Shown: piece after piece, positions 11,601 through 19,599 of the stretch
How positions within the stretch are numbered: position 1 is the stretch's first letter
Layout: each line of letters begins with the position of its first letter
Assembly (NCBI GenBank): GCA_031549905.1
Contig: JAVBPC010000076.1
Span: 669-64,668 of the forward strand
DNA: 64,000 nt
Reading direction: 5' to 3'
DNA from: Eubacteriales bacterium
Lineage (GTDB): Bacteria; Bacillota; Clostridia; Christensenellales; Aristaeellaceae
The notes under the pieces: model-generated
What the model was told of the DNA's origin: nothing
Databases searched by the model: none
The model's input: only the letters and a program-made list of their open reading frames with translations
Made by a program: the position numbers and the translations under genes

Positions 11601-14600
11601 GCTTCAGCAGGCGCTGGAGAACATGATGGCGCGCCCGGATCGTCCGGCGTGCACCGTCTCGCTGATGTCAAAAGACCAGCGGGCGCTGATCGCAAAATTC
11701 AACGATACCTGCGATGTGCCGGAGGATACGCTCCACGGCATGTTTGAGGCGACGGCAGCCAAAAACCCCGACCGCGTCGCCCTGATCGCCTGCAATGAAA
11801 CGCTGACCTACGCCCAGCTGAACGCCGAAAGCAACAGGCTGGCGCACGGGTTGCTTGCGCGGGGGCTGCAGCCGGAGGATCGCGTAGCGCTGTTGCTGCG
11901 CCGCACCAGCCGCCCGCTGATCGCCATGCTTGCCGTGCTGAAAGCGGGCGGCGCGTACATCCCCCTTGACCCCGAATACCCGGAAGAGCGGGTGCGCTAC
12001 ATCGCAGAGGACAGCGCCGCGCGGTTCACCCTGACCGAAAACGAAGTGGATGCGTACCGCGAAGGCCAGCCCGCGCACAACCCTGGGCTTGCCGTGTCGC
12101 CCTGCCAGCTGGCGTACCTGATCTACACTTCCGGCTCCACCGGCAAGCCCAAGGGCGTCATGATCGAGCACAGGGGCATCGCAAACTATGTCAACGCCCA
12201 CCCGAAGAACATCCATGTGCACGCCTTGGCGACCGAAGCCAGCGTACTGCTGTCCACCACCACCATCGCGTTTGATATGTTCCTCAAGGAAAGCATGACC
12301 ATGCTGTGCAATGGCGGCACGCTGGTGTTTGCGGATGAGCAGTCCGCCCACGACCCCGTGCGCCTTGCCCAGATGTTTGCCGAAACCGGCGCGGACGCGT
12401 TCAACGCCACGCCTTCCGTCATGCTGGAATACACGTCTTACCCCCCGCTGCTGGATGCGATCCGCCGCTGCAAGGTCATCATGTGCGGCGCGGAAAAGTA
12501 CCCCGAAGCGCTGCTGAAACGCTTCAGCGGCTGCGGCGCGCAGCGGTTCAATACCTACGGCCCCACGGAGATTTCGGTTTCATCAAACGCGCAAAAGCTG
12601 GAAGAGGGCAAGCGCATCACGGTGGGCGCGCCGCTGCTGGGCGTGCGGGAGCAGGTGGTCGATACGGACGGCAACCCGCTGCCCCCGTTGGTGGTGGGCG
12701 AGCTGATCATCGGCGGGCGCGGCGTCGCCAGGGGCTACAACAACCTGCCCGAGCAGACCGCCGAGCGGTTCATCACCGTAGACGGCATTAGGTCGTACCG
12801 TACCGGCGATATGTCCCGCTGGACGCCGGGCGGCGAAATTGAAATTCTGGGCCGAAACGACGGACAGATCAAGCTGCGCGGCCTGCGCATCGAGATGGGC
12901 GAAATCGAAACCGCGCTTGCCGCTGTGGACGGCGTGAGAACCTGCGCGGTGGTGATTCGCAAACTGCAAGGCTCTGAGCACCTGTGCGCGTATTATATCG
13001 CGGATAGGCAAATCCCGGCGGGCGATGTGCGCGACGCGCTGAAACAGCGGCTTGCGCATTACATGGTGCCCACGGCGTACCTCCAGATAGCCGCCATGCC
13101 CAAGACCCCCAACGGCAAGAACGACCTGATGGCTCTGCCCGACCCGGAACTGCTGCGCAGCGGGCAGTATGTGGTCCCGCGCGGTGAAACGGAACAGAAG
13201 CTGTGCGCCATATTTGGCAAGGTGCTGAACCTGGATGCCGTGGGCGCGGAGGATAACTTCTTTGAGCTGGGCGGAAGCTCCCTGATGGTTACGCGCGTGG
13301 TGATCGAGGCGGAAAACGCGGGCCTTGCGGGTGCGGACGGCGCGAAGATTTCGTATGCGGATGTGTTCGCGCACCCGACCCCGCGCGATCTGGCCGCGCT
13401 GCTGAGCGGCGGCAGGCAGGAGCAGCCCGCCAAAGAAGAGGAAACCTACGACTACACCGCCATTCACGCCATGCTGGCCACGCAGGGCGGCATCCCCCCG
13501 CGGTTTGAAAAGCTATCCGGCACGGTGCTGCTGACCGGCGCCACGGGCTTCCTGGGCATCCACATGCTGCATGCGCTGGTGACCGGCGAGCACGCAGAAA
13601 CCGTGACAAAGGTATACTGCCTTGTCAGGAAAGGCCGGTTCCAGTCCGCGCAGCAAAGGCTGAAACACATGCTGTTCTATTATTTCGAGGACAGCTTTGA
13701 CAGTCTGTGGGATGACAAGCTTTTTGCCATCGACGGCGACATGACAAACGCGGAAACCATGGCGCGGATGCGCGAATACCCCGCGCAGACGGTGATCAAC
13801 TGCGCGGCGAACGTATCGCACTTTGCGCGCGACAGCGCCAGCTTTGATGTGAACGTGGCGGGCGTGCGGAACCTCATCGCGTACTGCCGCGATGTGAGGG
13901 CGCGGCTGATCCATGTATCCACCACCAGCGTCGGCGGGTTCTCCGTGGATGGCGTTCCGCCCAGGGATACAAAGCTGGATGAAACAATGCTGTTCTTCGG
14001 CCAGAACATGGAAAACCAGTATGTGCAAACCAAGTTCTTGGCCGAGCGTGAGATACTGGAAAGCTGCCTGGCGGGCCTTGACGCGAAGATCATGCGCGTG
14101 GGCAACCTGATGGCCAGGAACCGGGACGGTGAGTTCCAGATCAACACGAAGGGCAACAGCTTCCTGGGCAGGCTGCGCGCGTACGCCGCGGTTGGCTGCT
14201 TCCCGTACTCCGCCTATTCCATGCTGATGGAGCTTGCCCCCATCGACAGCACCGCAGAGGCGATCCTGAAGCTGTCCTGCACGCCGGCGCAGTGCCGCAT
14301 CTTCCACCCGTACAACAACCACTACCTGTTCATGGGCGATTTCATCAACCAGATGAATGAGGAAGGCGTGCCCATCCAGCTGGTGGAGGATGCGGAGTTT
14401 GATGCGGCGGTCTCCGTCGCGATGCAGGACCAGAGGCGCGCCGAAAGCCTGACCAGCATCATGGCGTACCGCAACATGGCCGGCGGAAAGGCTGCGGTTC
14501 CCATCGCCACCGTTTGCGAGCATACGGTGCAAACTCTGCTGCGTATGGGGTGGCACTGGCCGGAGACCGGCGTGGAATACCAGCGCAGCTTTGTGCGCTT

Positions 14601-14643
14601 CCTGGTGGGCATGGGCATAATCGGAGGTGACGACAATGTTTGA
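5683..14643 (+). CDS. Non-ribosomal peptide synthetase, three modules, A-T-C-A-T-C-A-T-R with C-terminal thioester reductase
   Basis: 2986 aa. Three adenylation cores are present (YTSGSTGNPKGV, YTSGTTGLPKGV, YTSGSTGKPKGV, each with YRTGD/YHTGD and GRxDxQxKxRG motifs). Three carrier domains follow (LGGDSMAA, AGLASLSAIKL, LGGSSLMV). Two condensation domains carry HHIIMDGTA and HHIVFDGAS. The C-terminus is a short-chain-dehydrogenase-type R domain (LLTGATGFLG ... YVQTKFLAE). RBS GGAAGGAAA sits 8 nt before ATG. Confidence 0.95.
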   Translation: MKQTVIASILAAARQTPGKAAVVADDRTVTYAELSTQTRRVAFQLQAQGIGRGDIVPIFLERGVDAVAAMLGVLYAGAAFCNVSTEYPPDRVAFIYRDTNAKLHIDAAWMAALGEQMAGQATASEADDTALVVYTSGSTGNPKGVALSHATICQSAHNMILGRTAEDIFMSMASFSFIAVLVDIFSPLMLGATVHVLNAQLRTDARLLADYVKEKGITTGFEPPQFAARFLEIADGALRVLLVGSERVRNLYSTRTQIINVYGASETAALVAFFSVDRPYADSTPIGFAPPGVTLYLLDDDGNKVPAGETGEICVAGQIASGYLNLPEQTAEKFIRNPYATSEHDAVLYRTGDLGRFGGDGALIYVQRKDWMLKVSGYRVEPGEIEAAIVSRSDVKQAVVKGFQNASGETSLYAVYTADTAIPPDAVLEAIRGFLPDYMLPSYLEQIPAMPLNINGKIDRKNILPPDFTKLQQAYEPPQGDAETALCEAFAKVLKLPKIGAMDDFTALGGDSMAAVRLQAALPQYALAAADILSLRTPRKLAEVLTARRPLTKAAPMETYPLTHAEKQMAAEQSMDPGSVQYNINLAQTLSGQLDVDRLTAAIQALINRHAILRSGYRMVGGEYRRFVRGDAKVILPLESCDAESLQTRIDAANKPYDLENDPLYRFTLYRLAPDLHVLHMAFHHIIMDGTAAPALLADLWALYEGKTPPAPAFDFADFAVWQQENGDDAAAEAYYASLFAGGLPENEMPTHPLRPETLPVADTDLFAALPAHSLQKAARRLGVTEYVLITAALGLTVAKYCGSEDIMLGTAMNGRTQPETADMVGMFVSTVPLRFRFSAESSAADVIRETAAMIARAQAHQGYPFPRLVTEYAPDRNPSRGPLFDVLLNHLNSLPRFELPGLSVCDRPIKRQALANDLVMETTLNGDALDIKLSYSQRLYDDGIAAGILEQFTAILQRFVKDAEMPVLDAAELPDAMRRRIIEDFHGERTDENLGKTVVDLFRAQAERTPENTAVVSGEARITYAKLDRITDNIAAHLAQQGVSAGEFVGILVNRSERMPICALGVLKARAAYVPLDPSYPPERLEFMLADAGVSIVLVDEGLESLIPGFNGKLLLTSSISTLPDAVPPEAPGPDGTFVLLYTSGTTGLPKGVRLTHANLTNFCTWYRNKHEITERDGSLAYASFGFDANTMDTYPALISGASVHIIPEEMRLDLPALDAYCAANRVTVLFMTTQLGRQFAQMKRKSRPRALSIGGESLTPLSPPDDITFYNVYGPTECTVLSTWYRIDRLYDRVPIGYPLSNMAIYVLDKHGRLAPIGAAGELCIAGRQVAAGYLNRPELTAEKFTKNPFTDEADYARIYHTGDVVRYLPSGAIDFVGRRDFQVKIRGFRVELTEIEGRIREYAGITDAAVVALDAPGGGKCAAAYIVSAAPVDVAALHDFIEEKLPPYMVPAATMQIDRIPLNPNGKIDRRKLPAPVFGGGEASGADIKARPLNILEEKIMAAVRDVLGHDQFGPDSNLLRAGLASLSAIKLMAMLDEALGCAPSVRDFMREPTVLGIENLLLERLLAGKVPEQTAPAVPATRENYPLSHNQMGVYLDCMKAPDAMNYNIPIFLALPGGVDARRLQSAVQAVIDVHPALRARLVRHGETAQQTQGNAITVIFEQMTVTEFAAYKSAFMRPFDLFKDSLCRAAVVAAPDQVHLLLDFHHIVFDGASADLFLRAVGEAYDGTAPQAERLSAFDWAAADIEQEGTQAWQDAKAYFDGKLTDFESASQLSPDMGSQNKEGLLQEAVRTVDRAQVEAFCAKHGVTPAGLFAAASAYAVSRWVNSPKVYLAMISSGRDDPRLRNTAGMFVRTLPLVIGRQSDQTVLEYIESAQRELTGAIAHENYPFTRVAADYGYTPHIMYACELGVLEAYRIGGETAVMSPPGLQKPKFPLSIHIENRDGGMVFAVQYDDGKYSGQMMAAFAETLQQALENMMARPDRPACTVSLMSKDQRALIAKFNDTCDVPEDTLHGMFEATAAKNPDRVALIACNETLTYAQLNAESNRLAHGLLARGLQPEDRVALLLRRTSRPLIAMLAVLKAGGAYIPLDPEYPEERVRYIAEDSAARFTLTENEVDAYREGQPAHNPGLAVSPCQLAYLIYTSGSTGKPKGVMIEHRGIANYVNAHPKNIHVHALATEASVLLSTTTIAFDMFLKESMTMLCNGGTLVFADEQSAHDPVRLAQMFAETGADAFNATPSVMLEYTSYPPLLDAIRRCKVIMCGAEKYPEALLKRFSGCGAQRFNTYGPTEISVSSNAQKLEEGKRITVGAPLLGVREQVVDTDGNPLPPLVVGELIIGGRGVARGYNNLPEQTAERFITVDGIRSYRTGDMSRWTPGGEIEILGRNDGQIKLRGLRIEMGEIETALAAVDGVRTCAVVIRKLQGSEHLCAYYIADRQIPAGDVRDALKQRLAHYMVPTAYLQIAAMPKTPNGKNDLMALPDPELLRSGQYVVPRGETEQKLCAIFGKVLNLDAVGAEDNFFELGGSSLMVTRVVIEAENAGLAGADGAKISYADVFAHPTPRDLAALLSGGRQEQPAKEEETYDYTAIHAMLATQGGIPPRFEKLSGTVLLTGATGFLGIHMLHALVTGEHAETVTKVYCLVRKGRFQSAQQRLKHMLFYYFEDSFDSLWDDKLFAIDGDMTNAETMARMREYPAQTVINCAANVSHFARDSASFDVNVAGVRNLIAYCRDVRARLIHVSTTSVGGFSVDGVPPRDTKLDETMLFFGQNMENQYVQTKFLAEREILESCLAGLDAKIMRVGNLMARNRDGEFQINTKGNSFLGRLRAYAAVGCFPYSAYSMLMELAPIDSTAEAILKLSCTPAQCRIFHPYNNHYLFMGDFINQMNEEGVPIQLVEDAEFDAAVSVAMQDQRRAESLTSIMAYRNMAGGKAAVPIATVCEHTVQTLLRMGWHWPETGVEYQRSFVRFLVGMGIIGGDDNV

Positions 14644-16390
14644 GCGGAGCGGCGCATTGCTGGAGCGCAAGTTCAGGAAATTCCTGCTGCCAACGATATT
14701 GACATCGATGGCCATTTCCCTGGCGACCGTGGTGGACAGCGTGATCGTGGGCAATTTGCTGGGCGAAAAGGCGCTGTCGGCAATCGGCCTTTCGGGGCCG
14801 GTGCTGTACAGCCTGAACACGATCTACCTGCTGTTCGCGGTGGGGGGCGTGACGCTGGCCTCCATCGCCAGGGGGGAGCGCGATACCGCGAAGGCGAACA
14901 GCATCTTTACGCTGTCCATCGGCGTGGGGCTTGCCGTGATGACGGTGTTCATATCCCTGCTGCTTATCTTCATGGGGCCGATATGCCACGCCTTGGCACA
15001 AAACAATGCAGAGCTGGAATCCATGACGCGCAGCTACCTGACGCCGATGGTGCTGGTAGGGCCGACAATGATGCTGATCATGGGCATGGCGCAGTTCATC
15101 CGCACGGATGGCAGCCCGAAGATCTCCGCCGCGATCGCGCTGGTGGCAAACATCGTCAACCTGATACTCGATTACATCCTGATCAGGTTCTTTGGCACCG
15201 GCATCGCGGGCGCGGCGTGGTCCACGGTCATCGGGTACCTGACTGGGATTCTGATGCTGATTCCCTACCTGCACTCAAAGAACCGCAACTTCCACTTCAT
15301 CAAGCCCGCGCCCCGTGCGGTGCGGCAGGTTGGGAACATCGCACGCACGGGCACGCCCAAGGCGCTGGTGCAGTGCCTGAGCTTCTTAAGAACGCTTGCG
15401 CTGAACACCATCATCCTCAGCACCATCGGCGCGCCGGGCGTTGCCGCGCTGACCATCTGCATCAACGCGCTGATGATGGCGAACATCTTTATCGGCGGCA
15501 CAAACGATACGCTGCTGCCCATCGTCGGCACGCTGTTTGGCGAAAAGGATTATGTGGGCATTCGCTATTCGATCAAGTCGGGCGCGAAGGTGCTGGTGGG
15601 CGCGTGCGCGGTGATGGTGGCGCTGTTCCTGGTGTTCCCGGAGGGTATTTGCCGCCTGTTCGGCATTGTGACACCGGAGGGCGTGTCTTCCGCGACCACG
15701 GCGCTGCGCCTGTACGCGCTGAGCCTGCCGGTGTACAGCGTGAACATCCTGCTGCAAAACTTCTACCAGACCACGGGGCGGCTTACCAACGCCAATGTGG
15801 TTGCGTGCTCCAACGGGTTTGTGTTTGTGGTGCTATTCGCGCTGATCCTGGCCCCGGCGAACGCAAGCCTCGTGTGGCTGTCGTTCCTGCTGTCGGAGGT
15901 GTGCACGTTCCTGGTGATCCTGGTGATGGGGCGGAGGGTGCGCAGGCGGGACGGTGTCACGGGCCTGCTGCTGCTAAAAGAGGATGCCCGCACCGGCGCT
16001 GAGCTTGACCTTTCCGTTCCGGGCACGGAAGCCGCCGCCGCGGCGCTGGCTGAGCAGTGCACTGATTTCTGCGCCGCGCAGTTTGGCGATGCCGCGCTTG
16101 CGGGCCGTGCGGGCGTTGCGGCAAAAGAGCTGGCAGGCAATATCGCCAAGTACGGCTATGCGCCGCAGACGGGCGTGATGGATGTGCTGGTTCGCCGCGA
16201 AAAGGATGCGCTGATCCTGCGGTTCCGCGATGACGGCGTGCCCTTTGACCCCACCGCGCAGCAAGAGAAAAATGGCGGCATTGGGCGGGTACGGGCAATA
16301 TCGGACGGCATGACGTACACCCGGCCCGTCGGGTTCAATTCCACGCTGGTTACGTTCCGGTTGGATCGTGCGCCGGAAATGCGGCAGTGA
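14627..16390 (+). CDS. MATE-family efflux transporter fused to a C-terminal GHKL/HATPase_c-like (anti-sigma-factor-kinase-like) domain
   Basis: About 440 aa of 12-TM MATE (NorM/DinF-like) sequence is followed by about 150 cytoplasmic residues with GHKL-like boxes (AKELAGNIAKYGY; RFRDDGVPFDP; GGIG). The start is probably ATG 14636 (RBS GGAGGTG), which overlaps the NRPS stop at 14641-14643. Confidence 0.7.
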   Translation: MTTMFERSGALLERKFRKFLLPTILTSMAISLATVVDSVIVGNLLGEKALSAIGLSGPVLYSLNTIYLLFAVGGVTLASIARGERDTAKANSIFTLSIGVGLAVMTVFISLLLIFMGPICHALAQNNAELESMTRSYLTPMVLVGPTMMLIMGMAQFIRTDGSPKISAAIALVANIVNLILDYILIRFFGTGIAGAAWSTVIGYLTGILMLIPYLHSKNRNFHFIKPAPRAVRQVGNIARTGTPKALVQCLSFLRTLALNTIILSTIGAPGVAALTICINALMMANIFIGGTNDTLLPIVGTLFGEKDYVGIRYSIKSGAKVLVGACAVMVALFLVFPEGICRLFGIVTPEGVSSATTALRLYALSLPVYSVNILLQNFYQTTGRLTNANVVACSNGFVFVVLFALILAPANASLVWLSFLLSEVCTFLVILVMGRRVRRRDGVTGLLLLKEDARTGAELDLSVPGTEAAAAALAEQCTDFCAAQFGDAALAGRAGVAAKELAGNIAKYGYAPQTGVMDVLVRREKDALILRFRDDGVPFDPTAQQEKNGGIGRVRAISDGMTYTRPVGFNSTLVTFRLDRAPEMRQ

Positions 16391-16989
16391 TCTACCTGTA
16401 TGAAAACCCTGGCGCGGCGCCGGAGGCGCTGATCCGCGAAACCCTGCCCCTGATGCCGCCCGAGCGTCGGAAAAAGGCGCTTCGCTACCGGTTTGCGGCG
16501 GACCGCAACATGTGCGTGATCGCGTACTGGCTGCTGATGCAGGGGCTTGAAAGGGAGTACGGCATCAAGAAGCCACCGACATTCCTGTACGGTGAAAACG
16601 GGAAACCGGCGCTGGCAGAACATCCAGGCATCCATTTTAACGTAAGCCACTGCAGGGCGGGCGTCGCCTGCGCGGTCTGCGATGATGAGGTTGGCATCGA
16701 TATTGAGGAGACTCAGCCGTTTGGCATTGCCGTGGCAAGGCGCGTGTTCACGCCGGGGGAGCTTGCCCTGCTTGCGCAAAGCGGAGAACCGGACAGCCTG
16801 TTTTGCCGCCTGTGGGCAAGGAAGGAAGCATACCTCAAGCGGCACGGCCTCGGCATTTCGGATGAGCTGAACAGGCTGGAGCTGCCCGATGACGGCTTTC
16901 ATTTCGCCGAACTGGCAAATGCGTGGGTGTGCTGGCACGGCCCCCCGGGTGCCTCAATGGAAGTACATAAAATGAAATACGCAAAATAA
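16387..16989 (+). CDS. 4'-phosphopantetheinyl transferase, Sfp type
   Basis: 200 aa. It carries Sfp-type motifs FNVSHCRAG, GIDIEE and WARKEAYLK. The GTG start overlaps the MATE stop (GTGA), indicating translational coupling. Confidence 0.85.
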   Translation: MIYLYENPGAAPEALIRETLPLMPPERRKKALRYRFAADRNMCVIAYWLLMQGLEREYGIKKPPTFLYGENGKPALAEHPGIHFNVSHCRAGVACAVCDDEVGIDIEETQPFGIAVARRVFTPGELALLAQSGEPDSLFCRLWARKEAYLKRHGLGISDELNRLELPDDGFHFAELANAWVCWHGPPGASMEVHKMKYAK

Positions 16990-16992
16990 ATT

Positions 16993-17055
16993 CCAGGTGA
17001 GCTTTGAAGGGATCATGATCCCTCGAAACCCACCTGGAACTTGTTTTGCCTAAGC
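16993..17055. terminator. Bidirectional rho-independent terminator between convergent PPTase and SBP genes
   Basis: TTCCAGGTG...CACCTGGAA long stem enclosing the nested palindrome GAGGGATCATGATCCCTC, followed by CTTGTTTTGCC. An A-rich stretch precedes it, giving a T-run on the other strand. Confidence 0.6.
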
Positions 17056-17070
17056 CTAACCCGTAAGGGC

Positions 17071-18753
17071 CTACTCCGCCAGCTCAATCAGATGGTATGT
17101 GCACGAAATCTGCGTGGGCGTGATGGAGTAATTCTGCACGCGGTTACCAACCGCCATCACGGTGGCGCGCCACACGGTGGGGATAGCGGGGGAGTTCTGG
17201 AAGAAGTACTCTTCAAACGCGTAGTACGCGGCGATGCGGGTATCCAGATCCCACGCTTCTTCGGAATCCAGCGCCAGCAGCAGTGCGTCCATTTCCTCTG
17301 TGGCAAAGCGGGTGAAGTTCGGAACCGCGTTCCGGCCCCACGCGCCCGTAAGGTTCGGCGCGGCTTCCAGCAGCCAGCCCGCTTCAAACATATCGACGCC
17401 GGCATCATCGGCAAACAGCATGTCGTAGTACGCGTTGATATCCATCATGCGGCCGCCGACCAGCTGCACATTCAGGCCGATATCCTGCCAGCACTGCATC
17501 TTGAACTGCACAACAACTTCATCATTGTTGTTGGGCACGCCCCAGTTGATGACCAGCGGGCTGCCATCCGGCATTTCGCGGAAGCCGTCGCCGTCCACAT
17601 CGATGTATCCGGCTTCGTCAAGCAGCGCGATCGCCTTATCAGGGTCATAGGCGTAGCCCGTGACTTCGGGGTTCTGGTACTGTGCGTAATCCGGCGGCAG
17701 CACGGTGGGGTTCATGCCGCGCAGGCCGCTATAGAAATCATCGCAGATGGAGCCGAAATCCACGGCGTAGCCGATGGCTTGGCGGAGAGCCAGGTCGCCC
17801 ATCTTGCTGCCTTCAAGATCCGTAACGTTTTCGCCGGTGTCGTAGTTGAAGGAGCCCAGGTGGAAGCCGGTATACTGGTACCAGCGGTCAGGCGCGATCA
17901 TGTAGGTGAAATTCGCCGGTTCCTGATGATCCGCGTACGCGCTCGCCGGGAACGTGGCGATATCATACAGGCCCTGCTCCATCGCGGAGGGCACCATATC
18001 CGGGTTTACAATCGTCAGAGTCACGCCGTCAAGTTTGGCGGCGCCCTGCCAGTAATCATCAAAGCGCACAAGTTCCACCGTTTCGCCCGGCACAACCTTG
18101 CTGATCTTAAAGGGGCCGTAGCCAATGCACTCAGAGCGGGAGCGCTCATCGGCAGCCATATCCTTCACGGCAACATCGCTAAGCTGATGCTTGGGCAGCG
18201 GGTACGTCCAGATCGCGCCTTCCAGGATGGAGGGCCGGAAATCGGTGAAGTGGAAGGTCAGGCTGTTCTTATCTTCGGACAGTTCAAGCCCGGAGATGGA
18301 ATCCGCCGCGCCGCCCATGTAATCGGTGAACCCTTCGATGTACATGATGGCTTCGGTCAGGAAATAGCCTTCATAGTCCGGGCTGCCCAGCACTTCGTAG
18401 GCAAACACCAGGTCTTCCATGGTGACCGGCTGGCCATCGTGCCATTTCACATCCGGTTTCATGGTCAGCGTCAAGGTCTTCGCTTCCTTGTCGTAGGTGT
18501 AGGTGGCCGCGCCGTCCTGGTCGTAGGCCAGGTTTTCATCCATGCTCAGCAGCGGTTCGGTCAGCCAGTACGCGATGGCCGCGTCGGTCAGATCGATGGT
18601 GTAAAGCATGTTCAGCAAGCCGGAAAAGGGCGATGCGCTGGTCAGCGCAACCTTTAGCGTGCCGCCTTCAGCCAGCGCGGAAACGCCGCAAGTCGCCATG
18701 CAAAGCGCGAGCATGCAGACGGCCAGGGTCATGGCAAGCAGTTTCTTTTTCAT
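17071..18753 (-). CDS. ABC transporter substrate-binding lipoprotein, family 5 (OppA/DppA/NikA-like)
   Basis: 560 aa. It has an N-terminal signal/lipoprotein sequence MKKKLLAMTLAVCMLALCMATCG and SBP_bac_5-like length and composition. It is the last gene of the opp-like operon. Confidence 0.8.
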   Translation of the reverse strand: MKKKLLAMTLAVCMLALCMATCGVSALAEGGTLKVALTSASPFSGLLNMLYTIDLTDAAIAYWLTEPLLSMDENLAYDQDGAATYTYDKEAKTLTLTMKPDVKWHDGQPVTMEDLVFAYEVLGSPDYEGYFLTEAIMYIEGFTDYMGGAADSISGLELSEDKNSLTFHFTDFRPSILEGAIWTYPLPKHQLSDVAVKDMAADERSRSECIGYGPFKISKVVPGETVELVRFDDYWQGAAKLDGVTLTIVNPDMVPSAMEQGLYDIATFPASAYADHQEPANFTYMIAPDRWYQYTGFHLGSFNYDTGENVTDLEGSKMGDLALRQAIGYAVDFGSICDDFYSGLRGMNPTVLPPDYAQYQNPEVTGYAYDPDKAIALLDEAGYIDVDGDGFREMPDGSPLVINWGVPNNNDEVVVQFKMQCWQDIGLNVQLVGGRMMDINAYYDMLFADDAGVDMFEAGWLLEAAPNLTGAWGRNAVPNFTRFATEEMDALLLALDSEEAWDLDTRIAAYYAFEEYFFQNSPAIPTVWRATVMAVGNRVQNYSITPTQISCTYHLIELAE

Positions 18754-18762
18754 GTGTGCCTC

Positions 18763-19599
18763 CTAATTTTTATTATTGTCATCGACCACGCGCTTGAGCG
18801 CCTGCCCGATGCAATGGATGGAGAGCATGACTGCCAGGATCAAAAGAGAAGCCGGCAGCCAAAGCCAGGGCCTGCCCTGCAGGTTTTCAGGAATTCTGGC
18901 GTAGCTTAGCAGCGTGCCAAGGCTTGGCGTTGCGAACGGAAGGCCAAACCCCAGGAAGGACAGCCCGGACTCGACCCCCACATTGCCCGCCAGGTTCAGC
19001 GTAAAATTCACAATGATGACCGGCAGGATGTGCGGGAAGATGTGCCGCAGCAGGATTGTTGGGGTTTTCGTGCCCATGACCTTGGCGGCCTGGATAAAGT
19101 CGGCGCTGCGCAGTTGCAGCGATTTTCCGCGGATGATACGCGCGTCGTACATCCAACCGATGGCGCTCATCACCAGGATCAGCGAACCGGTGCCATAGTT
19201 CGGCATCAGCGACACGATGACGATGACCAGCATCAATCGCGGCAGCATGGATACGAAATCCAGCGCGCGCATCATGAGCATGTCAACCCATCCGCCGCAG
19301 TATCCCGACAGCAGCCCGAACAGCGAACCAAACACGCCCGTCAGCACGGAGATGCCAAGCGCGATGAACAGGGAGTTTCGCGCGCCGATGATCAGCTGCC
19401 CCAGCATATCCCGCCCCGATGTATCGGTGCCCAGGATGTGCGCCGCGCTGGGCGGCTGCGACCGGGTTGTCAGGCTGACGCGCGTTTCTGTGGGGGTATT
19501 CACCAGCGTGCTGCCGATGATGACGCCCACAAACAGCACCGCCAGGAAAATAAGGCAGAACACGGCCATTTTTTGCTTCAAAAACCGCTTCCACATCAT
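18763..19599 (-). CDS. Oligopeptide/dipeptide ABC transporter permease (OppC/DppC-like)
   Basis: 278 aa, 6 TM. The N-terminal OppC-type periplasmic loop is present, as is the BPD_transp_1 EAA-like region. Confidence 0.8.
   Translation of the reverse strand: MMWKRFLKQKMAVFCLIFLAVLFVGVIIGSTLVNTPTETRVSLTTRSQPPSAAHILGTDTSGRDMLGQLIIGARNSLFIALGISVLTGVFGSLFGLLSGYCGGWVDMLMMRALDFVSMLPRLMLVIVIVSLMPNYGTGSLILVMSAIGWMYDARIIRGKSLQLRSADFIQAAKVMGTKTPTILLRHIFPHILPVIIVNFTLNLAGNVGVESGLSFLGFGLPFATPSLGTLLSYARIPENLQGRPWLWLPASLLILAVMLSIHCIGQALKRVVDDNNKN

Noticed and set aside
9469-14820. Long antisense ORFs inside the NRPS (for example 9469-11511, 680 aa; 13513-14820, 435 aa; 12583-13467)
   Set aside because: They lie opposite a gene with dense, unambiguous NRPS motifs. 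Their composition is dominated by Arg/Ala/Gly/His from GC-rich codon complements, and no start signals are present.
14627-16390. Splitting the MATE-GHKL ORF into two genes
   Set aside because: There is no stop codon or plausible internal RBS/start between the last TM helix and the ATPase-like domain in this sequence. It is kept as a fusion, pending resequencing.
17041-18657. 538-aa + strand ORF opposite the SBP gene, and similar antisense ORFs opposite 40202-42499, 45524-47290 and 47287-48915
   Set aside because: Same GC-bias artefact. The sense-strand genes have signal peptides, RBSs and recognisable families.
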